This document shows, piece after piece, positions 51,238 to 60,665 of a stretch of DNA of 64,000 nucleotides. This stretch comes from an uncultured cyanobacterium (GTDB lineage Bacteria > Cyanobacteriota > Cyanobacteriia > Phormidesmidales > Phormidesmidaceae). Within the stretch, counting starts at the first letter, position 1. The number at the start of each line of letters is the position of its first letter. The notes below the pieces were generated by a model. It searched no databases and was not told the origin of the DNA. It saw nothing but the letters and a program-made list of their open reading frames with translations. Location of the stretch: NCBI GenBank assembly GCA_963793265.1, contig CAWBZI010000006.1, positions 224,001 through 288,000 of the forward strand, given 5' to 3'. A program made the position numbers and the translations under genes.

Positions 51238-52706
51238 GGCAGCGTCCACCAAAATAGAAACAACAGTACAAGGCTCATAGAGCCAATCAAATGCTCAAGA
51301 TTTTCAGGCGCGTGAGATAGCTGAATGCGCTTTGCGATCGCTGCTTTTTGAAAGAGACTATGCAGCAACCAGCCGCCGCCAGCCGTAGCAAAAGCCTTTA
51401 CTAAATTGTTGACGGTGTAGACTTCAGGCTGTAAGGCGCTGATAAAAACCAGGCTAACTAGCGATAGCGCCGCCGCTATCCAAAAGCCTCTCGTAAGCTG
51501 GGAGGCCACCTTTCTAGAAAACGGTAAAAAGATAAACTTACCCATCACCGCAGCCGTCCCCACCGCAGCGACATTCATCGCTACAGACTGCCAGCCGCTC
51601 AGCTGATCTAGCGTTAGGGCTTTCGCGTTAAAGCCTGCTAGCACCGGAATTCCACAGACAGACAGGCTCGCGCCTGTCACCACCGCCCAGTGAGAAAAGG
51701 GTAGAGGCGATCGCTGTAATTCATCAAACTGACGGCTCGGCAAATTGCCCACCGACAAAAACAGCACGACCTTTGCTAGCCCATGAGTCAGTGCGTACAG
51801 TCCAGCCGCAGCAGGAGCAACCAGCACAAATCCCAACTGCGAAATCGTGCTCCAGGCCAGTGTCCGCTTGGTGTCTTTTTCGAGCAGGGCGCAGCTCGTG
51901 CCCAATATGGCCGTGCCCACGCTGAAAAGTTGCAGCATCGGCCCAATCTCTTCAACCAGCAGCGCGCAGCGTACCAGCGGAAAAATGCCTGTTTTCACCA
52001 CCGCGCCAGAGAGCATCGCAGAAACCGGCGTATCCACTTCGGCATGGGTGAGCGGTAGCCAGAGGCCAGAGACAAAAACACCGCCTTTGGTGAGTAAGCC
52101 TAGTGCGATAAGTGCGATCGCTTCTCTTGGCGCGTTGCTCAGTCCTTCAAAGGCAAAAGAATGATTAGCCTGATAAACCAGCACCGCCCCCATCAGGTAG
52201 AACAACATAGCCGTGTTGCTCACAAACAAATAGCGCAGGCCCACCCAAATATTACGATCTTTGCGCGGATAGACAATCAACAGAAAAGCGGCCACGCCAA
52301 TCACTTCTAGCGCTACATACAAACTCATAAAGTCTGCGCAGATAAAAATAGAGTTCATGCAGCCGTGTAGCACCGTCACCTGAGCAAAAAAGAACGCTGT
52401 CTTATCGCTCACCGCTCCTGTTCTCGGCCAGCAGTAAGACACAACGGCCATCGTCACCAGCGCATTCATTAAAATGAAATAGCCGCTAAGCGAATCAGCC
52501 ACTAGCGTCACGCCAAAGCTATCGATAAGCTGAAGGTTAGTAGGGGCAAATACAGCAATTCGATATAGTCCATAAACAGCTGAAATCGCAGCCATGCTGG
52601 CTGTTAGATATCGATCTAGCTGAGGTAGCAGATAAACGCTGAATCCCAAAAATAAGGGCAGCGCTATCCATACCACCGTCACCGCACCCAAAGCGTCAGT
52701 AATCAT
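51234..52706 (-). CDS. mrpD: Mrp antiporter subunit D
   Basis: DFMSLYVALE, LWLPLTHAE, SAMLSGAVVK, KRTLAWSTISQLG, HGLAK. Confidence 0.9.
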   Translation of the reverse strand: MITDALGAVTVVWIALPLFLGFSVYLLPQLDRYLTASMAAISAVYGLYRIAVFAPTNLQLIDSFGVTLVADSLSGYFILMNALVTMAVVSYCWPRTGAVSDKTAFFFAQVTVLHGCMNSIFICADFMSLYVALEVIGVAAFLLIVYPRKDRNIWVGLRYLFVSNTAMLFYLMGAVLVYQANHSFAFEGLSNAPREAIALIALGLLTKGGVFVSGLWLPLTHAEVDTPVSAMLSGAVVKTGIFPLVRCALLVEEIGPMLQLFSVGTAILGTSCALLEKDTKRTLAWSTISQLGFVLVAPAAAGLYALTHGLAKVVLFLSVGNLPSRQFDELQRSPLPFSHWAVVTGASLSVCGIPVLAGFNAKALTLDQLSGWQSVAMNVAAVGTAAVMGKFIFLPFSRKVASQLTRGFWIAAALSLVSLVFISALQPEVYTVNNLVKAFATAGGGWLLHSLFQKAAIAKRIQLSHAPENLEHLIGSMSLVLLFLFWWTLP

Positions 52707-53068
52707 GACGTGTAGCTCTCCTCAATCTCATGGCAGTCCAACGTTGGATTGTCTTTAGAGAGTTTCATTACGCCCACTAGCATGAGCGCTTGAATAGAAA
52801 AGCCGATGACAATAGCAGTTAGAATCACCGCTTGAGGCACCGGATCGGCATAGGCTACCGCTTCGAGACTCGCCGCTTCAATACTCTCAGGAGACACTGC
52901 AATCGGCGTGGCGATACCCGTACGAGAGGCGATCACCACATAATAAGCAATCACCCCCGTGCTCATCACGTCCATGGCGATTGTTTTCATCACTAAATTT
53001 TTCTTGAAAATAATGCCAAAGAATCCGAAGAAAACAGTGGCAAACACAAACGCTTCTAAAACAGGCAT
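52703..53068 (-). CDS. mrpC: Mrp antiporter subunit C
   Basis: ADPVPQAVILTAIVIG. Confidence 0.92.
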   Translation of the reverse strand: MPVLEAFVFATVFFGFFGIIFKKNLVMKTIAMDVMSTGVIAYYVVIASRTGIATPIAVSPESIEAASLEAVAYADPVPQAVILTAIVIGFSIQALMLVGVMKLSKDNPTLDCHEIEESYTS

Positions 53069-53083
53069 GAGTTCTATCTAAAC

Positions 53084-53110
53084 GTAAGGGCGCAAAAGAT
53101 GCGCCCAGTA
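53084..53110. repeat. REP-like palindrome between bicA and mrpC
   Basis: gtaa-gggcgca-aaaga-tgcgccc. Confidence 0.5.
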
Positions 53111-53137
53111 TAATAATCTCGTCATTTCGTCGCAACT

Positions 53138-54817
53138 TTAGGCGTAGGCAGCGGCCATCCCAGCAGTGTCATTCTGTTGAATAGCGCTAGCGGCTGATGC
53201 GATCGCCTCACGCCTTCTGGCACAAGCATACTGCGGCGCAATCAGCTCAAATACGCCCAAATCTTCCAGCCGCTTTTTCGTCTGACCGGTCGCCCCCGAA
53301 ATAAACACGTGGCGTCCTTTCTCGACCGCCTCTTTCACCGCATTTTCTACCGCCAAAGAAGCCGTCACACCTAAGTGAGGCACACCGCTTAAGTCAAAAA
53401 CAATCGCATCACAGGCCCCAATCGCATTGTGCTCACGAGAGATTGCTTTGGCCACGCCAAACAGCATCGGCCCGCTCAAAGAGAACAACAGCAGCCGCCC
53501 TTTTGCCTCATCCAAAAAGCGCTTTTCGTCTTCACTTAGCGCCACCGCATCGTCAGCATCTGTAATCGTTTGCACCGACTCAGACTGCAACAGACTCATC
53601 CGCTCAATCGTCAGCACGTTCGCAACAAATACACCAATACCCACCGCCGCAATCAAGTCCACCAGCACCGTCAGCAAAATCACGCCGTACATAATCAAAG
53701 CCCCTTTTACAGAAACCTTGTGCGCCCGCTTCAAAAAGTCCCAGTCAATAATATCGACCCCAACTTTTAGCGCAATTCCTGCAAGCACCGCTAGCGGAAT
53801 CGTTTCTGCCAGGTTTGCCGCGCCCAAAATCACCACCAGCAAAACCCCGGCCCGAGTCAGCCCCGAGAGCGCCGTTCTACCGCCCGATTGAATATTTACC
53901 ACCGTGCCCATCGTGGCCCCGGCCCCCGGAATGCCGCCAAACAAACCCGACATAATATTGCCGAGGCCCTGTCCAATCAGCTCCTTATTAGAGTTGTGCT
54001 CCGTGCGCGTCAGGCTATCGGCCACCATCGAAGTTAGCAGCGCATCAATACAGCCCAACATCCCGAGTACAGCAGCATCTACCATCATAAGCTGGAGCTG
54101 ATCGCCACTGAATGTAGGCGTTTGAATAGCCGGAAAGCCCATTGGGATCTCGTTAATTCTGCGAATGTCTATCCCTGGAAACAAGAACAAAGAGAGCATA
54201 GTGCCTGCAATCAGGGCAACCAACTGAGGGGGCACCAGCTTTTTAAAGCGAGCGGGCATGAACCAAATAATAGCCACCGTAATTACGGCCAACGCAGTCT
54301 CAGCGGGCTGAATATTACTTACCAGATCAGGAATTGCTGCCAGCGTGCCCGTGATACCGCCAGATGGACTTGCCTGCCCTAAAAAAGGAGCAATCTGCAA
54401 AATCACTAAGATAATACCGATCCCAGACATAAAGCCGGAAATTACGGTGTAGGGCATCATCGTTACGTACTTGCCTAGCCGCAGCAGACCAAACACAATC
54501 TGGAACACCCCGGCCATCATCACGACGGTAAAGGCCATCGCCATACCATTGTCAGCATCGGCAGCAATCAGGTTAGCGATGACCGCGGTCATGACAACCG
54601 TCATCGGGCCAGTCGGCTCAGAAATTAAGGTAGGCGTGCCGCCGAAGAGGGCTGCAAAAAAGCCGATTAGCACCGCGCCCCATAGGCCCGATACCGCGCC
54701 CGCGCCCGAGGCGACGCCAAAGGCTAAGGCCATAGGCAAGGCAATCACAGCCGCCGTAACCCCGCCAAATAGGTCACCTTTTACGTTTCTAAGATTAATT
54801 CGGTTTGTTATCTGCAT
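53138..54817 (-). CDS. bicA: SulP-family Na+-dependent bicarbonate transporter
   Basis: GDLFGGVTAAVIALP, LISEPTGPMT, NSNKELIGQGLGN, GATMGTVVN, STAS domain. Confidence 0.92.
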   Translation of the reverse strand: MQITNRINLRNVKGDLFGGVTAAVIALPMALAFGVASGAGAVSGLWGAVLIGFFAALFGGTPTLISEPTGPMTVVMTAVIANLIAADADNGMAMAFTVVMMAGVFQIVFGLLRLGKYVTMMPYTVISGFMSGIGIILVILQIAPFLGQASPSGGITGTLAAIPDLVSNIQPAETALAVITVAIIWFMPARFKKLVPPQLVALIAGTMLSLFLFPGIDIRRINEIPMGFPAIQTPTFSGDQLQLMMVDAAVLGMLGCIDALLTSMVADSLTRTEHNSNKELIGQGLGNIMSGLFGGIPGAGATMGTVVNIQSGGRTALSGLTRAGVLLVVILGAANLAETIPLAVLAGIALKVGVDIIDWDFLKRAHKVSVKGALIMYGVILLTVLVDLIAAVGIGVFVANVLTIERMSLLQSESVQTITDADDAVALSEDEKRFLDEAKGRLLLFSLSGPMLFGVAKAISREHNAIGACDAIVFDLSGVPHLGVTASLAVENAVKEAVEKGRHVFISGATGQTKKRLEDLGVFELIAPQYACARRREAIASAASAIQQNDTAGMAAAYA

Positions 54818-54836
54818 ATTTCAGCCCTCTTCCGGG

Positions 54837-54884
54837 CATAGACTAAATGCTATGAAAAATTTTATTCCATTGATTCAAGTCTAT
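54837..54884. promoter_or_regulatory. Two NdhR/CcmR-type operator boxes upstream of bicA
   Basis: cATAG-actaaatg-CTATg (54837-54854, exact ATAG-N8-CTAT) and ATTG-attcaagt-CTAT (54869-54884). Confidence 0.75.
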
Positions 54885-55190
54885 TCTAAATCCGTCATAG
54901 CCTCTTATAGGAAGATGTAAACATTTATAATGTCAGCCAAAAAAAATCCTGATAGGTGGATCTATTTATAGTGCGAAGAAAGTGGGCTAGCCCTATATCA
55001 GTAACAGGCCCAAAATTTTATACCAGCTTCATACACAGCATCCTGACGGCAGAATTTTTGATTGGAAGTGGTAAAAAGTGCCAAAAAAGCGACGATGTTG
55101 AATTCAACTATTCCTCCTCTATAGACCGCAAGCCTCACGTTTGTACGCTTGCCTTCAGGTCGAGATAGAAGCTGCTGATAATCACTACTT

Positions 55191-57419
55191 ATGTCTACCT
55201 CTTCAAAACGACCCTCTGAGCAATCATTTGAGCAATCCCCTAGCAGTCGCAATCAGCAATCAGCTAACTTTTCTGAAATTGAAAGAACCCTAACCCCCAT
55301 CATTAAAGATTCTAAGAAGGTTACTGAAGTTCTTAAGAAAATTCGGAAGTGGACGAATGGAGAACCCTTCTTAACGCAGCTCATTAGCAGCTACGTCATC
55401 AAGTGTGCCGACCAGATAGGTGAGGAGATAGCCGCTACTATCGTGGATGGCATTGTCGAGGTCAAAATAGTTAAGAACTGGGAAAAGAACGCGGCGTCTG
55501 TTCATCTCAATAAAGTTTGTGAGCCGCTTGTAAATTACAGCATTAGAGATGCTCTTTTAATTTCGTATATTCAGATCCTGCAAAGAGGCGCGATCGCCTA
55601 TACGCAGAGCAGTGAACAGGAAGTCTTGATAAGTTCTGGGCTGGTCACACTCAAAGACGGACAGCTCAAAGTTGCCAATGCCATCTATACAAAAGTTTTT
55701 GATCTGAGCTGGGTAGAGACGCTGCTGCCAGGGATTACTCGGCCTGTCTCTATTGTCTCAACAACTTCAGCCAGCAAAATGCCGCGGTGGCGCAGCCTCT
55801 CCTATAGAGAGTCACGCGGGCGGCTACTGGCGGCTGTGGGCCTTTTTACAGGGTTAACGCTGCTTGCTGTGGCAGCTTACTTCAGCCTGATTGAGAAAGT
55901 AGGCCCAACGAGCGAAAATTCCGCGCCACTGACCACAAGTTCTGAAGAGATAGCGGCTGAGGCTATTGCGCCCTCAAAAGCTGGACAAACGCTGACTCAG
56001 CTCACGCTACTAGGTGATACTTTTAGCGGCTACAGCACTTTTCGTAATACCGACTTTCAGTCTGTGCTAAAAGAGACGGGTATTGAGATTAACTACGGCA
56101 GTGAGTTTGATCAGACGCTTAGAGTTCAGAAATTGAATCAGGGCGAAGCAGACCTCATAGTGACGACGCTTGACCAGTTTTTGCAGCAGCAGCCCAAAGG
56201 CAAAATTGTTGGCTTGATAGACCGCACAGTGGGCGCTGACGCTGTGGTTTTGAACACAAAACGCTTCCCTGAACTTAAGTCCTTACTGGATTTGGAGGCA
56301 GTCGTACAAAGTGCAAAACAGCAGGGCAAAACGCTGGGTATCGCCTATGCAACCGATACGCCTAGTGAATATTTAGCAATGGTGCTAGACGCCCAGTTTG
56401 ATACCTTTGACCTATCAAACTTTCAACTTGAGCCAGCAGCCGATGCCTCAGAAGCCTGGGCGCTCCTGCAAAACCCAACGAGCAATATAGCGATCGCAGT
56501 TCTTTGGGAGCCCTACGTCACCCAGGCCCGACAAAAGGGCTACAGCGTCGTGCTCTCCAGCGCCGACGTGCCTAATACTATCGTCGATGTGATTGTGGCT
56601 TCTGATAGATTAATCGCGTCTAATCCAGATGTGATCTCACGATTTTTAGGAAATTACTATCGACGCATTGACGCCAACGCGAGAGACGCCACACAGCTTC
56701 AAACGCAAATTGCTGAAGACGGCAACCTCTCGGTGAGCAATGCGGTCACGATTATTAATGGCATCAGTTTCTTTACCGCAATTGAAACTCAAGCGTGGAT
56801 GAACGAGGGTATTTTGTCTCAGCGGATTGGCGCAACGGCGGCTGTTTTGTCATTGGCCAATCGACTAAAACCCGCCCAGCTAGAGCGCGTCACAGCGAAT
56901 ACAGACGCTTTTTACACATCACAATTTGTCACTGAAGCAGCCAGCAATACTCAAACCCTCATTGATCTTATTCGAGCCGATAACCCCGCTCTAGCAGATA
57001 AGCTAGCCGGTCAAGGAGATGCGACTACCGGCCCTGACGTTTCGGCTGCGCAAATTCAGCAGGCCGCTGATATTGGGAACCTAAAGGTTCGGGGCGAAGT
57101 TAGCTTTACGGCGGGGGCAGCAGAGCTAACAGTAGCAGGCAAGCAAACACTTGATCGGCTAGCAAGCGAACTCAAAGCATTTAACGGACAAAGCGTTGCC
57201 CTTCGAGTGATTGGTCATACCTCTCGTACGGGAGAGGCTGCTCTCAATCAGCAGCTAAGCGAAGAGCGGGCGCGCGTTGTCGCGAACCACCTAAAGGGTA
57301 CGGGGGTGACGATGAATATCTTGTCTGAAGGAAAAGGGTTTAGCAGTCCCCTGCCCAATGTTGATCCGGCTGCTGCTCAAAATCAAAGAACTGAAATTAG
57401 ACTGGTGCGGGTCGAATAA
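55191..57419 (+). CDS. Membrane protein: AAA_35-type helical N-domain + TM + NMT1/SsuA-like substrate-binding domain + OmpA domain
   Basis: WTNGEPFLTQ, LISSGLV..LKVANAIY; TM; GDTFSGYS, DRTVGADA, WEPYV; IGHTS, LSEERA, NQRTEI. Confidence 0.8.
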   Translation: MSTSSKRPSEQSFEQSPSSRNQQSANFSEIERTLTPIIKDSKKVTEVLKKIRKWTNGEPFLTQLISSYVIKCADQIGEEIAATIVDGIVEVKIVKNWEKNAASVHLNKVCEPLVNYSIRDALLISYIQILQRGAIAYTQSSEQEVLISSGLVTLKDGQLKVANAIYTKVFDLSWVETLLPGITRPVSIVSTTSASKMPRWRSLSYRESRGRLLAAVGLFTGLTLLAVAAYFSLIEKVGPTSENSAPLTTSSEEIAAEAIAPSKAGQTLTQLTLLGDTFSGYSTFRNTDFQSVLKETGIEINYGSEFDQTLRVQKLNQGEADLIVTTLDQFLQQQPKGKIVGLIDRTVGADAVVLNTKRFPELKSLLDLEAVVQSAKQQGKTLGIAYATDTPSEYLAMVLDAQFDTFDLSNFQLEPAADASEAWALLQNPTSNIAIAVLWEPYVTQARQKGYSVVLSSADVPNTIVDVIVASDRLIASNPDVISRFLGNYYRRIDANARDATQLQTQIAEDGNLSVSNAVTIINGISFFTAIETQAWMNEGILSQRIGATAAVLSLANRLKPAQLERVTANTDAFYTSQFVTEAASNTQTLIDLIRADNPALADKLAGQGDATTGPDVSAAQIQQAADIGNLKVRGEVSFTAGAAELTVAGKQTLDRLASELKAFNGQSVALRVIGHTSRTGEAALNQQLSEERARVVANHLKGTGVTMNILSEGKGFSSPLPNVDPAAAQNQRTEIRLVRVE

Positions 57420-57533
57420 GATACTTCTCATTAATTAAATACTTTTACAAATCACACTGATGACAGATCAAACCTTCCTGCACTCTGCCTTTTTATAGAA
57501 GGGTAAGCCGCTAAAAAAATATAGGACATCCCC

Positions 57534-57965
57534 ATGAGCCAAGCTTCTTCCACAGTAGGAACTGTCTCTGCAAACACTTCACCGAACACTTCACTGGCCA
57601 TGCCCACGGCTATTCAACAGTATTTTGATACGGTCAACGACAAGGCATTTGAACAAACAGCAGCGCTTTTTAGTGAAGCGGGTGAGCTAGTGCCGCCTTT
57701 TGAAAAGCCGATACAGGGGAAAGAGGCGATCGCACAATACCTCACAAAAGAAGCCAGCGATATGACCTTTCATCCTTCAGAATGCACACCTGCCGAAGAG
57801 CAAACCCCAGATAGTCACACCTTTCTAGTCAAAGGGAAAGTCAAGAACTCACTTTTCTCAGTCAATGTAGGCTGGCAGTTCGATCTTAATAGCGTTGAGG
57901 AAATTACGTTTGTGAAAGTAAAGCTACTCGCCAAGCTAGAAGAACTGCTCAAGCTCAATCGCTAA
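57534..57965 (+). CDS. OCP C-terminal domain homolog (CTDH/CCP, NTF2-like)
   Basis: YFDTVN..F..TAALF..GELVPPFEKPIQG.EAIA.YL..EA, VNVGWQF, VKLLA..EELL. Confidence 0.88.
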   Translation: MSQASSTVGTVSANTSPNTSLAMPTAIQQYFDTVNDKAFEQTAALFSEAGELVPPFEKPIQGKEAIAQYLTKEASDMTFHPSECTPAEEQTPDSHTFLVKGKVKNSLFSVNVGWQFDLNSVEEITFVKVKLLAKLEELLKLNR

Positions 57966-58223
57966 AGAAAAGCTGACAAAAAGTCTTTGGAAACGAAAGG
58001 ATGATGCATGACTCGTCCAGACGTAAGAGACAACCGAATGTTCTGTTCTAACCTTTGAAGGTAGAAATCATTTGGTATCTATCACTACTATAAATGTACC
58101 GGCGGAAAGGCGTTTGTCTAAAGCGCTTCGCACTTAAGGAAGCCATTTTTACAGGCTACGCATAGCAGCGGTGAGTCGTTGCTATATCCACCGCCATTGA
58201 ACGCATTCATAGAGAATTATTTT

Positions 58224-58709
58224 ATGCCTATTTCAACTTCCACAGCCGATCAAAGCAAGCATGATGCTTCTGACTACACAGATGATTTTGCAGAGTACAA
58301 AGAGCAGTTCGGCAAGCTAAGCGCTGACGACAAACTTACTACGCTCTACAAAATCTACGATGGCTTGGGCGATAGCAGGATCGAAAACCCTGATGACAAC
58401 AAAGAGTCTGACAGTTCTTCTGAGCTATACAACCAGCTCAAAGACAAATCTCAAGACGATCAGCTACAGTTCATGCGTGACGCGCTCTCTGGCTCTGACA
58501 ATGCCCTAACAGGCCAGTACAATGAGCTATCTGATACTACAAAAATCGCACTGTGGTACCGCCTTGCTCAAGGCATGGATAAGAACGATGTTGTCGGGCT
58601 ACCTTCTGACTACAGCCTGTCTGATGAAGGCAAGGATTTGGTCAGCAAAATGAATAGCAATAGTTTCGAACAAAGCTACATTTTTGTTCGCGATGTTGTC
58701 GTTGGCTAA
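58224..58709 (+). CDS. Helical carotenoid protein (OCP N-terminal domain homolog), divergent
   Basis: F.KLSADDKL, QLQFMRD, Y..LS..TKIALWYRLAQGM, P.DY.LS. Confidence 0.8.
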   Translation: MPISTSTADQSKHDASDYTDDFAEYKEQFGKLSADDKLTTLYKIYDGLGDSRIENPDDNKESDSSSELYNQLKDKSQDDQLQFMRDALSGSDNALTGQYNELSDTTKIALWYRLAQGMDKNDVVGLPSDYSLSDEGKDLVSKMNSNSFEQSYIFVRDVVVG

Positions 58710-58939
58710 ATTGAGCCCTCTGCAAGCCTACTTATAGCGGTTAGGTCTAGTGAGGCACAGCCTTTAGGAGAGTTCTCCTGAGCGTAGCTGTACTTTACTA
58801 GACTATTTTTTTGTCCGCGCGCATATGCCGATCCCATGACGGTTGATACCTACCTAAAGACGGAACACAACGCATCGTTGAGGTTGCTAAAACGGAATTA
58901 TCAAGAAATGTATATCTTATACGTCAAGAGGAATCAAAT

Positions 58940-59152
58940 ATGCTTCCACCTGGAGCACACGAGTTTATACTTACCCTGAAAAACGGCATTTGGTCGGTAG
59001 GCACTGCTTCCTGGCTTTTTGGCATTTCAGACAGAACAATCGCGGCTCTGATGGATGGCTATCTTTCTGCGCTTGATATCGTACAGCTATTTACAGCCGC
59101 TTTCTTTTTCGTAAGCTGGCTATTTCTAAAGCCAATGAGGCGACAGGTTTAA
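58940..59152 (+). CDS. Small membrane hypothetical protein
   Basis: GAGGA RBS; SWLFGISDR...LFTAAFFFVSWLFLKP. Confidence 0.75.
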   Translation: MLPPGAHEFILTLKNGIWSVGTASWLFGISDRTIAALMDGYLSALDIVQLFTAAFFFVSWLFLKPMRRQV

Positions 59153-59276
59153 GGGCTGACTCTGATATCTATCTTCAGAGTCACTTGAGAGCGCAATACG
59201 TCTCTCATTTGAGCAAGGAAATCAAAAGAGAAAACCATTTAGATTATATGGGTTACACAATCTAAGGAGGACACAC

Positions 59277-59765
59277 ATGGCAGTCCGCTATTTCTCACTT
59301 GCAGTTGGCTTTATCTATACGCTTATTGGTCTTTTAGGATTTTTTCCTAGTTTCGTTACCCCGTCTCAGTCAATTCCCGAAATCATGACGTTGGTAGGCT
59401 CAGGCACTACTGCTGGATTCGGCTATCTCTTTGGGATATTTCCAGTCACCACGTTCACTAACATCGTTAATATCGTTGTCGGCATCATTGGTATCGCTGG
59501 CTTTTTGGGGACAGAGCCCGGCGCTCGCATTTTTTCTGATGCGCTAGCCGTATGGTTTGGTTTACTAACGCTGTTGGGGCTGTTGCCTGTTGCCAACACT
59601 ACATTCGGCCTAATGCCTATTTACGGCGCTAGCGTCTGGCTCCACCTGGCCACCGCCGTTTTGGCCGCTTACTTTGGCTTTGCTCGTGACAATGGTCGCC
59701 TGCAAAACGATCCGAATAAGCCTCTAGAAGTCGAGAACCCTTACGGCAACACACAATTTCTATAG
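59277..59765 (+). CDS. DUF4383 family membrane protein
   Basis: AGGAGG RBS; GYLFGIFP, TTFGLMPIYG.SVWLH. Confidence 0.8.
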   Translation: MAVRYFSLAVGFIYTLIGLLGFFPSFVTPSQSIPEIMTLVGSGTTAGFGYLFGIFPVTTFTNIVNIVVGIIGIAGFLGTEPGARIFSDALAVWFGLLTLLGLLPVANTTFGLMPIYGASVWLHLATAVLAAYFGFARDNGRLQNDPNKPLEVENPYGNTQFL

Positions 59766-59789
59766 ACGTGGGTTAAAAAGTTAATAGCG

Positions 59790-59826
59790 AAAGGGGGGCA
59801 GATAGCAAATATCTGCCCCCCTTTTT
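59790..59826. terminator. Bidirectional intrinsic terminator
   Basis: aaaggggggcagata-gcaaa-tatctgccccccttttt. Confidence 0.85.
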
Positions 59827-59856
59827 AGATTATCGTACAGGCAAGAAAAACGATTC

Positions 59857-60456
59857 TTATGACGCGGTAGCGAACTCAGAAGAAATTTGCTTGAATTCAA
59901 AACCCGTACCGCCTTGCGCAGTCGGAATGCTATAGACAAGCTGATCAAAGTCTTGAGGTGTCTCTGTAGATGGGTTGTCAGGAATGACAAATCCTTTAGG
60001 TAAAAAAGTACCTCTGTGTTCAGGAGAGAGCAACAAGTTATAGGTACTACGACCAAACGGCTCTGCTAAAAAGACTTCTACAGTGCCGCGAATTTCAGTC
60101 TCAGCGTTCTCAACAACCGTTCGATCGGCGACGTTAGGTTGCAAAATGAACAAACCTGTATCTCTTGGCTGAAGCCGAATGCTATAAACTTGGCTATCGG
60201 GCGTGTTAGTTGCAGGCAGCACCCTGTCGTTGAGTCCGTTCACATCCCAAAAGGCGAGCAGTCCGGCGGCGGAGAGATCAGGATTTTGGGCGCGGAAGTT
60301 GATATTCAAACGGAAGTCGTCGCGATCGCTCAAATTCGCAATCGATAAAAAGTAGCCCTGAATAACCGTACGGCCTGCGCCTAGAATATCGGCTCTGGGC
60401 TGTACCAAAGGCTTAACCAACAGTTCAAAGTTAGAAACAACGGCTGAAATGGCCAT
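59857..60456 (-). CDS. Hypothetical protein
   Basis: Protein-like ORF (SNFELLVKP, RTVIQGYFL, LLSPEHRGTF); ATG at 60456. Confidence 0.75.
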   Translation of the reverse strand: MAISAVVSNFELLVKPLVQPRADILGAGRTVIQGYFLSIANLSDRDDFRLNINFRAQNPDLSAAGLLAFWDVNGLNDRVLPATNTPDSQVYSIRLQPRDTGLFILQPNVADRTVVENAETEIRGTVEVFLAEPFGRSTYNLLLSPEHRGTFLPKGFVIPDNPSTETPQDFDQLVYSIPTAQGGTGFEFKQISSEFATAS

Positions 60457-60665
60457 GATAAAACGCTCTTTAAGTGTAGTGTGCGATATGAACAAGAGCA
60501 GCGTTTGGTGAACCCCGGCTGTTGTTCATGTTGCTATACTGGCTCAGACAAAGAGAAAGAACAGTACCCGCAGGGGTAGTCATATTCGCAGAGAAAATGG
60601 CAGAAAGCAGCTAAAAAAGACTGATAGGACAGTAGCAATTAAAAACCTCTGTGGTTCTTATAATT

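Noticed and set aside
54952..54965. ATAG-N6-CTAT as a third NdhR box
   Set aside because: Spacing does not match N8
60562..60580. tacccgcaggggta palindrome as a CsoR/InrS-like operator
   Set aside because: Short and imperfect, and flanking genes are not evidently metal related
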